From IMG/VR virus record IMGVR_UViG_2563366906_000002: DNA of 11,161 nt; one strand, written 5' to 3'. The notes beneath the pieces are model-generated. The model made no database searches. It was not told the origin of the DNA and saw nothing but the letters and a program-made list of their open reading frames with translations. Below, piece by piece: positions 1-6,227 of this stretch; positions within the stretch are counted from its first letter, which is position 1, and the number at the start of each line of letters is the position of its first letter. Source of the DNA: a virus. Lineage: Duplodnaviria > Heunggongvirae > Uroviricota > Caudoviricetes. The position numbers and the translations under genes are program-made.

Positions 1-74
1 GTGAAATTACCGACAAGAAGGGAAAGGGCCTTCCCGAGAGTGGTAAAGGAGAGGCCCTGGAAATACCCCACAGC

Positions 75-137
75 CCCGAAAAAGAGCCAGTCAGTTGCTT
101 AACTGACTGGCATTACCCCTTAGGGGGTGATTTTTTT
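75..137. terminator. Terminator-like hairpin cluster at the backbone/cargo boundary, possibly bidirectional
   Basis: Perfect inverted repeat CCAGTCAGTT-gctt-AACTGACTGG (87-110, extendable to an 11-bp stem 86-111). On the minus strand it is followed by a U-rich tract (complement of CCGAAAAAGAG, 75-85). A second short stem CCCC-tta-GGGG (116-126) is followed by T7 (131-137) on the plus strand. Confidence 0.4.
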
Positions 138-304
138 ACATGACTTTTGATTAGCTGACATTGTAAATCCGCATGTATCAGATGCATTGTTTTGCATGTG
201 GAAATGGGTGTTTTCACTGCCAGCTATCGCTACATGTAGCAAAAACACGGGCTTAATAAGAAATCATTCTGCCATAAGGCATAACTTCCCCGCGTGCTCA
301 GGTA

Positions 305-334
305 TTGACGTCATAGATATGGATCTTTTTTAAT
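305..334 (+). promoter_or_regulatory. Candidate sigma70-type promoter for the TIR-domain gene
   Basis: TTGACG (305-310) with TTTAAT (329-334) after an 18-nt spacer. The fit is weak because an AAGG ribosome-binding site (335-338) sits immediately downstream. By-eye assignment only. Confidence 0.2.
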
Positions 335-348
335 CAAGGTATGGTATT

Positions 349-1296
349 ATGAAGATATTTATTAGTTGGTCAGGTCAGGACAGCCTGGAGATAGCAAAAG
401 TATTACGGGATTGGATACCGAATGTTATTCAAGTAGCTGAGCCGTACGTATCAGCGGAAGATATTGATAAAGGCACTCGCTGGGCGACTGATATATCAAA
501 GGAACTTGATGACTCTTCTTATGGGATTATTTGCCTTACAAAAAATAATATTAATGCACCGTGGATAAATTTTGAGGCGGGTGCTTTAGGTAAAAAGGTT
601 GATAAGAGCCGGGTTAGTCCTTTCTTGTTTAAAATTAAACCATCTGAGATAACAGGCCCAATATTACAATTCCAGTATACTCGTTCGGATGATAAGAACG
701 ATATTTTGAAGTTGATGTTGTCAATAAATAATCAAGCAGGATTTTTGACTGAAGAACGCTTAACTAAAGCTTTCGAGCAATGGTGGCCAAGTTTAGAGCG
801 TGAGTTAGATAACATTCAAGATATTAACCCTGTAGATAAAGATTCCACTAAAAAAACAAAAGGTGATTCGACTTCTGAGATACAAAATCTTTCCAAAATT
901 GTTGAAAGTTTGCTGGATATTAGCCGAACAAATCACCAATTATTGCGTGATCCAGCATCATTATTGCCAGAAGAATATGTTAGCAAAATAATAAACAGGG
1001 AAGGGCGTAAAGAAACTGTTTTAAAAATTGTAGCTTCTGATTTATTATCCATGCATCATTCACTAATTCGTGTAAAAAGAAGATTTATTCGCCGTGGTAT
1101 TGATGAAACATCTAGGAGCGAGTTAATTGAATCATTAAATAAAATGATAATGGATTGTTCTAGAGTAATCGCTCACTTAGATAATTATTGTGGGGTTTCA
1201 TCAAACAATATGTTCAATAGTGCGCTTAGATTGCGGACCAGAAATTTAATTGACATGATGGATGAGGAGGATGCAGAACGGGATGAAATGGAATAA
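349..1296 (+). CDS. TIR-domain protein (about 130-aa N-terminal TIR-like domain plus about 185-aa predicted helical, charged C-terminal domain of unknown function)
   Basis: 315-aa ORF with ATG at 349 and AAGG 10 nt upstream. The N-terminus MKIFISWSGQDS...AKVLRDWI...GTRW...YGIICLTKNNINAPWINFEAG follows the bacterial TIR pattern: hydrophobic-FIS-aromatic-S start, then a W-x3-E motif with the putative catalytic Glu at residue 76 (nt 574-576). The C-terminal half matches nothing I recognise. AT-rich codon usage differs from the P2 backbone. Confidence 0.75.
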   Translation: MKIFISWSGQDSLEIAKVLRDWIPNVIQVAEPYVSAEDIDKGTRWATDISKELDDSSYGIICLTKNNINAPWINFEAGALGKKVDKSRVSPFLFKIKPSEITGPILQFQYTRSDDKNDILKLMLSINNQAGFLTEERLTKAFEQWWPSLERELDNIQDINPVDKDSTKKTKGDSTSEIQNLSKIVESLLDISRTNHQLLRDPASLLPEEYVSKIINREGRKETVLKIVASDLLSMHHSLIRVKRRFIRRGIDETSRSELIESLNKMIMDCSRVIAHLDNYCGVSSNNMFNSALRLRTRNLIDMMDEEDAERDEME

Positions 1297-1347
1297 TCAA
1301 TTTTGACTAATCATAAATAATTTTGCATATATAAACTTATAATGCCG

Positions 1348-1370
1348 CAGCCGCTATTTTTCAGCGGCTG
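1348..1370 (+). terminator. Hairpin downstream of the TIR gene, possible weak intrinsic terminator
   Basis: CAGCCGCT (1348-1355), 7-nt loop, AGCGGCTG (1363-1370), 52 nt after the stop codon. The 3' flank TATATCGTTTATAAT is only moderately U-rich, so termination efficiency is uncertain. Confidence 0.3.
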
Positions 1371-1858
1371 TATATCGTTTATAATGGGTATGTTATTTTT
1401 TATTTTGATAAAATCATTAAAATTGTCGATGTTATATGAATGCACATGTATTATTAATGTTAGAAGATTATGCCTGCTTACGGCTATTGTGCTGAATTCA
1501 ACTATGAACGCATCAGTATTAAAATCGTTCCATGAAATGTTCTTCGTCTACAGCAGATGATGGGCAACGAAAAAATGACGCTGAGTGAGTTGGTCGGGGA
1601 GAATTGTTAGAGGTATTTATGGAGTGGTTTAATAATATCGGTCAATCCTGAGTTGCAGCATCACATAGACGATAGGGAATCTCTCCAGTCGTTCTGGAAT
1701 GGCAGCGTTGAACAACAAGCACAGCGAGGCGTTAGATGCCCATCAGATTGACACAGAGGGTTTATGAATCGCTGGGATTTACTTAGTTTGAAAAATAATA
1801 TATTTATATGTTTTTGTATTGTGTTTGTTAAGGAGTTTGGATTGAAAAGAAAACTGAT

Positions 1859-2047
1859 TTGTGTTATGGCTTTTTGGGGGCGTTGCTGGCTGGTTGTAAT
1901 GAGAGTAATAAAAAAGAAGTTGAGGGTTGTATTGAAAGAGGTGTCCAATATTTTATAGAGATTGGTTCTTACCCTAAATTAAGTGATGGGCGTGATGCTG
2001 TGAAAGTTGCTACTGAACGTTGTAATAGAACAATAACGGCTTTCTGA
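1859..2047 (+). CDS. Small putative lipoprotein (lipobox LLAGC, mature part about 50 aa with three Cys); start codon uncertain
   Basis: The frame contains ...GFLGALLAGC|NESNKKEVEGCIERGVQYFIEIGSYPKLSDGRDAVKVATERCNRTITAF. Its stop (2045-2047) is 2 nt before the ATG of the next gene, indicating translational coupling. In-frame starts are non-canonical: ATT at 1841 (5 nt after an AAGGAG Shine-Dalgarno at 1830-1835) or TTG at 1859. The adjacent frame starting TTG 1842 encodes a textbook n-region MKRKLICVMAF and would join this frame via a 1-nt change in the T5G5 run at 1871-1880. Confidence 0.45.
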   Translation: MCYGFLGALLAGCNESNKKEVEGCIERGVQYFIEIGSYPKLSDGRDAVKVATERCNRTITAF

Positions 2048-2049
2048 TA

Positions 2050-2967
2050 ATGGATTATACGAGCTATATAATAGGACAGCTTCAGGTTGAGGATATTATT
2101 GATGCAATTAAAGGCGTTAATAATACTAATGTCATAAAAGATTATGTGCTGCCTGTAGTATTACCAATTATATCTTCTGTGCTGAGTTACTTTATTGCAA
2201 CTAGGTTGTTTTATCGGCAGGAGTACCTTAAAGCACAAAGAAGAAAGGTAAGCGTTGTAAATAAATGTATTTATGACTACTTTTCTGCAATGACAACGTT
2301 GTTGCAAATTAAAGGGAATTATTATGGTGGGGTAAGTATAAGTGAAAATCCTATCGAGAGGGCTTTAGCTTTTCCTGTTGTGGTTTTTTCTGGTGCTCCT
2401 CTATCATCAGATTTAAGTGAGTTTGCCTGTATATTGAGTCAAAAGGGAGTAGGGAATAATAGAGAGACAGCAAAGACTACTAACTGGGGGGATGCTTTTG
2501 CTGTTAGTGATATAGCAAGAAGGTTTAACAGCCTATTGGCTGCATTAAATGTTAGGAATGATTTTGATGACACCTATAGAGGAATGATTATTGAATCAAC
2601 AGGTTCACCTTTGCCTACGATGCGTTTTAAAAATGATGATATTGTTAATGCTATAGGTAGTAATAAGGCAGCTTATTACATTGATATTACTGAGCAAATA
2701 ATGATTATGATAGATGTTTTGTTGCTTGATATTAATCTGTTGCTCAAAGAGTTGCCATTGTATGCTGAATCGCTGTTTGACAAAAGAGTAATGCAAGAAG
2801 ATTCAGGGATTCTTAAATTCAATGATTTGCACGAACGTTTTCCTCTACTTATGAAACCTGTAACGCCACCTTCGATTAAACTCATGTCTGATTATTTGGG
2901 GTACAGTGAAGATGAGATCTTACGACGCTATCCATACCCGTTCTTTAATATGCATGATTGTGAATGA
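2050..2967 (+). CDS. Hypothetical single-pass membrane protein, 305 aa (N-terminal transmembrane anchor, family unknown)
   Basis: ORF with ATG at 2050 and no own Shine-Dalgarno, coupled to the upstream small ORF. One strongly hydrophobic segment YVLPVVLPIISSVLSYFIATRLFY (residues ~32-55) is followed by basic residues (RQEYLKAQRRK). AT-rich codon usage. No motif I can assign. Confidence 0.7.
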   Translation: MDYTSYIIGQLQVEDIIDAIKGVNNTNVIKDYVLPVVLPIISSVLSYFIATRLFYRQEYLKAQRRKVSVVNKCIYDYFSAMTTLLQIKGNYYGGVSISENPIERALAFPVVVFSGAPLSSDLSEFACILSQKGVGNNRETAKTTNWGDAFAVSDIARRFNSLLAALNVRNDFDDTYRGMIIESTGSPLPTMRFKNDDIVNAIGSNKAAYYIDITEQIMIMIDVLLLDINLLLKELPLYAESLFDKRVMQEDSGILKFNDLHERFPLLMKPVTPPSIKLMSDYLGYSEDEILRRYPYPFFNMHDCE

Positions 2968-3071
2968 ATGTGCATATGTCAGAAGCCGTTTTTATTGTCA
3001 GTTATCGTCAGTGCTGGCGCGCTCTTGGAGTGTTCATGCAACTGCATTAAAACCGCCCCACGAAGCGGGCG

Positions 3072-3090
3072 GGCGAGGCGGGGAAAGCAC
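3072..3090. other. cos: cos cohesive-end sequence of P2-type phages
   Basis: GGCGAGGCGGGGAAAGCAC matches my recollection of the 19-nt P2 cohesive end. It lies ~160 bp beyond the 3' end of the leftward portal gene, as in P2. Recalled, not database-checked. Confidence 0.55.
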
Positions 3091-3220
3091 TGCGCGCTGG
3101 CGGTGGTGATGATTGTCTGAGCGCGTCGTGATGGCGTTTAGATTGTGCGCCGGGGCGTTGGTGTGTCTGCGGGGTGTTTTGTACAGTGGCGAGCGTGTGA
3201 GGGCGTGATGACGGGGGTGT

Positions 3221-3242
3221 AAAAAAGCCGCCCGCAGGCGGC
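3221..3242 (-). terminator. Intrinsic terminator of the P-Q operon
   Basis: On the minus strand, stem GCCGCC-tgcg-GGCGGC followed by T6 (plus strand reads A6 at 3221-3226, then GCCGCC cgca GGCGGC). It begins 5 nt after the Q stop codon. Confidence 0.5.
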
Positions 3243-3247
3243 GATGT

Positions 3248-4282
3248 TCAGCCGTTGTCAGTGTCCAGTGAGTAGTTTTTAAAGCGGATGACCTCCTGAC
3301 CGAGCCAGCCGTTTATTTCCCGAATCCTGTCCTGTAACGGGATAAGTTCATTGCGGACAAAGACCTTTGCCACTTTCTCAATATCGCCCAGCGACCCGAC
3401 GTTTTCCGGCTTGCCACCCATCAACTGAAAGGGGATGCGGTGCGCGTCCAGCAGGTCAGCGGCGCTGGCTTTTTTGATATTAAAAAAATCGTCCTTCGTT
3501 GCCACTTCACTGAGCGGGATAATTTTAATGCCGTCGGCTTTCCCCTGTGGGGCATAGAGAAACAGATTTTTAAAGTTATTGCGGCCTTTCGACTTAACCA
3601 TGTTTTCGCGAAGCATTTCGATATCGTTGCGGTCCTGCACGGCATCGGTGACGTACATGATGTATCCGGCATGTGCGCCGTTTTCGTAATACTTGCGGCG
3701 GAACAGCGTGGCCGACTCATTCAGCCAGGCAGAGTTAAGGGCGCTGAGATATTCCGGCAGGCCGTACAGCTCCTGATTAATATCAGGCTCCAGCAGGTGA
3801 AACACGGAGCCGGGCGCGAAGGCTGTCGGCTCGTTGAAGGACGGCACCCACCAGTAAACATCCTCCTCCACGCCACGACGGGTATATTTGGCCGGTGAGG
3901 TTTCCAGTCTGATGACCTTACCGGTGGTGCTGTAACGCTTTTCCAGAAACGCATTACCGAACACCAGAAAATCCAGCACAAAACGGCTGAAATCCTGCTG
4001 GGAAAGCCACGGGTGCGGGATAAACGTTGAGGCCAGAATATTACGTTTGACGTAAATCGGTGAGCTGTGATGCACGGCAGCACGCAGGCTTTTTGCCAGA
4101 CCGGTAAAGCTGACCGGTGGCTCATACCATCTGCCGTTACTGATGCACTCGACGTAATCCAGAATATCACGGCGGTCGAGTACCGGCACCGGCTCACCAA
4201 AGGTGAATGCCTCCATTTTCGGGGCGCTGGCAGTCATTGTTTTCACCGCTGGCTGCGGTGTTTTCCCTTTTTTCTTACTCAT
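3248..4282 (-). CDS. Q: Portal protein (P2 gpQ-like)
   Basis: 344-aa ORF starting MSKKKGKTPQPAVKTM..., recognised as P2 portal protein Q, with the same length as P2 Q. Its ATG overlaps the stop of the upstream terminase gene (ATGA). Confidence 0.95.
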   Translation of the reverse strand: MSKKKGKTPQPAVKTMTASAPKMEAFTFGEPVPVLDRRDILDYVECISNGRWYEPPVSFTGLAKSLRAAVHHSSPIYVKRNILASTFIPHPWLSQQDFSRFVLDFLVFGNAFLEKRYSTTGKVIRLETSPAKYTRRGVEEDVYWWVPSFNEPTAFAPGSVFHLLEPDINQELYGLPEYLSALNSAWLNESATLFRRKYYENGAHAGYIMYVTDAVQDRNDIEMLRENMVKSKGRNNFKNLFLYAPQGKADGIKIIPLSEVATKDDFFNIKKASAADLLDAHRIPFQLMGGKPENVGSLGDIEKVAKVFVRNELIPLQDRIREINGWLGQEVIRFKNYSLDTDNG

Positions 4283-6054
4283 CAGTAAAACTCCAGAATG
4301 GTGGATGTCAGCGGAGTGCTGATACCGGCGGTGAGTGGCTCATTTAACAGGGCGTGCATGGTCGCCCAGGCGAGGTCGGCGTGGCTGGCTTCCTCGCTGC
4401 GGCTGGCCTCATAGGTGGCGCTGCGTCCGCTGCTGGTCATGGTCTTGCGGATAGCCATAAACGAGCTGGTGATGTCGGTGGCGCTGACGTCATATTCCAG
4501 ACAGCCACGACGGATAACGTCTTTTGCCTTGAGCACCATTGCGGTTTTCATTTCCGGCGTGTAGCGGATGTCGCGTGCGGCGGGATAGAACGAGCGCACG
4601 AGCTGGAACACGCCGACACCGAGGCCGGTGGCATCAATACCGATGTATTCGACGTTGTATTTTTCGGTGAGTTTGCGGATGGATTCAGCCTGGGTGGCAA
4701 AGTCCATGCCTTTCCACTGGTGACGCTCAAGTATTCTGAATTTGCCACCGGCCACCACCGGCGGTGCCAGTACCACGCATCCGGCGCTGTCGCCACGGTG
4801 TGACGGGTCGTAACCAATCCATACCGGGCGGGAGCCGAACGGATTGGCGGCAAACGGCGCATAGTCTTCCCATTCTTCCAGCGTGTCGACCATGCAGCGT
4901 TGCAGCTCCTCGAACGGGAACACCGACGCCTTGTCGTCAACAAATTCACACATGAACAGGTTTTTAAAATCGTCGGCGCTGTTTTCGCGTTTGAGCTGCT
5001 CAATGTCGAACAGCGTGCAGCCACCTTTCAGGGCGTCCTCAATGGTGACAATCTGCCGCCACTGGCCGTCCGCACAGAGAAGCCCTCCGGCAAGGGCGTT
5101 ATGACTGACGTCGATTTCCACGCGTTCGGCGGCGCTGGCGCGTCCCCGGTTGAACAGTTCACCTGACCAGAACGGGTAGGCGTCGTGCGCCAGCGTGGAC
5201 GGGGTGGAGAAATAGGTCGAACGCAGGTGACTCTGTGAGGCCATACCTGATGCCACCTTACGCAGTACCTGAAAATTCGGGATCCAGAAAATCTCGTCGA
5301 CGTACAGGTCGCCGTTATGGCTCTGTGCGGTGTTGGAGTTGGTGCCGAGAAAAATCAGTTTTGCGCCGTTATTGCCCAGGACAATCGGGTCACCGGTCAG
5401 GTCAACGTCAACCAGACGGGCAAAGGCGATGATGTATTCGCGGAACACATACGCCTGCGTTTTACTGGCCGACAGAAAAATCTGGTTATGACCGGTTTTC
5501 AGGGCACGCAGCAGCGCCTCGCGGGAAAAATAAAACGTTGCGCCAATCTGGCGGGATTTCAGGATATCGCGGATGCGGTGCTCAAGCCCGGCGCGATACC
5601 AGTGCAACTGATAGTCGAAAGACTGCTCAAAGAAAATCTGCTCCAGCTTTTCGATGGCTTCGTCGCTGAAAAAATTCTTTTTCGGTTTGCGCCGCCCGCC
5701 TTTGTTGCGGTTAGCGATGTTCGGATTAAGGTCTGCCTCGTTGCCGGTCTGACTGTAGCGGTTGACCCGTGCCAGTCGTTCAATCTGGCGTCCCAGCAGG
5801 TCAATTTCCTTGAAGTCACCGCCGGTTTTCTGCGGTTTGATGATGAGCTGGGTCAGCCGCGCTTCCAGACTCATTTCGACACGGCTGATGGGGGCAACGC
5901 TGTCCCAGCCGTCGCGCTGTTTCCAGCTCTGCACCGTCGGGCGTTTCATCTGCAACATGGCGGCAATCTGCGGCACGGAAAACCCCTGCCAGTACAGCAG
6001 CGCCGCCTGACGACGCGGGTCGTGTAAAAGAGTGGTGTCTGTGGTGATGGTCAT
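4282..6054 (-). CDS. P: Terminase large (ATPase) subunit (P2 gpP-like)
   Basis: ORF-track entry 4282-6084 begins at a TTG. The ATG at 6052-6054 (protein MTITTDTTLLHDPRRQ...) is preceded by GGCGAGG and gives 590 aa, the P2 gpP length. Large-terminase-like content; sits upstream of and coupled to Q. Confidence 0.93.
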   Translation of the reverse strand: MTITTDTTLLHDPRRQAALLYWQGFSVPQIAAMLQMKRPTVQSWKQRDGWDSVAPISRVEMSLEARLTQLIIKPQKTGGDFKEIDLLGRQIERLARVNRYSQTGNEADLNPNIANRNKGGRRKPKKNFFSDEAIEKLEQIFFEQSFDYQLHWYRAGLEHRIRDILKSRQIGATFYFSREALLRALKTGHNQIFLSASKTQAYVFREYIIAFARLVDVDLTGDPIVLGNNGAKLIFLGTNSNTAQSHNGDLYVDEIFWIPNFQVLRKVASGMASQSHLRSTYFSTPSTLAHDAYPFWSGELFNRGRASAAERVEIDVSHNALAGGLLCADGQWRQIVTIEDALKGGCTLFDIEQLKRENSADDFKNLFMCEFVDDKASVFPFEELQRCMVDTLEEWEDYAPFAANPFGSRPVWIGYDPSHRGDSAGCVVLAPPVVAGGKFRILERHQWKGMDFATQAESIRKLTEKYNVEYIGIDATGLGVGVFQLVRSFYPAARDIRYTPEMKTAMVLKAKDVIRRGCLEYDVSATDITSSFMAIRKTMTSSGRSATYEASRSEEASHADLAWATMHALLNEPLTAGISTPLTSTILEFY

Positions 6055-6227
6055 GAATACCTCGCCGTGATGAATACACGGCAAGGCTACTGAGTCGCGC
6101 CCCGCGATTCGCTAAGGTGCTGTTGTGTCAGTGATAAGCCATCCGGGACTGATGGCGGAGGATGCGCATCGTCGGGAAACTGATGCCGACATGTGACTCC
6201 TCTAATCACTATTCAGGACTCCTGACA
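6055..6227. promoter_or_regulatory. Divergent late-promoter region between P (leftward) and O (rightward)
   Basis: 173-bp intergenic region between divergently transcribed late operons. In P2 this interval carries the Ogr-dependent promoters for the PQ and ONML... operons. I could not pin down the individual promoter elements by eye. Confidence 0.5.

Noticed and set aside
1-102. Possible 3' end of an upstream plus-strand gene (open frame 1-102 ending TAA at 100-102)
   Set aside because: Only 33 codons are visible, rich in AGA/AGG, and they overlap the hairpin. This cannot be supported without the upstream sequence.
1342-1560. 72-aa plus-strand ORF (MPQPLFFSGCISFIMGML...) between the TIR gene and the lipoprotein gene
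   Set aside because: Its ATG lies inside the 1348-1370 hairpin, it has no Shine-Dalgarno, and the protein is low-complexity hydrophobic sequence of the kind AT-rich DNA produces by chance. The FFSGC motif is not a canonical lipobox.
1661-1948. 95-aa minus-strand ORF overlapping the start of the lipoprotein gene
   Set aside because: Antisense to the better-supported plus-strand gene, with no ribosome-binding site and a low-complexity product.
1764-1958. 64-aa plus-strand ORF (frame A) as an independent gene
   Set aside because: Only its segment from TTG 1842 looks meaningful, as a possible signal-peptide n-region. The rest (WGRCWLVVMRVIKKK...) is the out-of-frame reading of the lipoprotein gene.
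2605-2885. Two minus-strand ORFs (63 and 69 aa) inside the 305-aa gene
   Set aside because: Antisense to and fully contained in a longer ORF. Low-complexity Ile/Asn/Ser-rich products typical of AT-rich antisense frames.
2906-3109. 67-aa plus-strand ORF spanning the cos site
   Set aside because: It overlaps the 3' end of the 305-aa gene and runs through the cos region. Arg/Gly/Ala-rich product from GC-rich non-coding DNA.
3421-6079. Many 60-240-aa ORFs on both strands inside Q and P (for example 3440-3898 +, 5317-6027 +, 4548-5024 -)
   Set aside because: Alternative-frame and antisense ORFs inside well-supported P2 portal and terminase genes. Their Arg/Ala/Gly-rich products are the usual artefact of GC-rich coding DNA.
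6162-6227. N-terminal extensions of O (from 6162), L (from 9001) and X (from 9501) suggested by the ORF track
   Set aside because: The internal ATGs at 6228, 9061 and 9570 have ribosome-binding sites or coupling and reproduce the P2 protein lengths. The extensions run into upstream genes or promoter DNA.
6055-6227. Search for dyad-symmetric Ogr-type activator sites (TGT-N12/13-ACA) in the P/O intergenic region
   Set aside because: I found no exact match by eye and cannot score imperfect dyads without computation. The region is annotated only generically as the late-promoter region.
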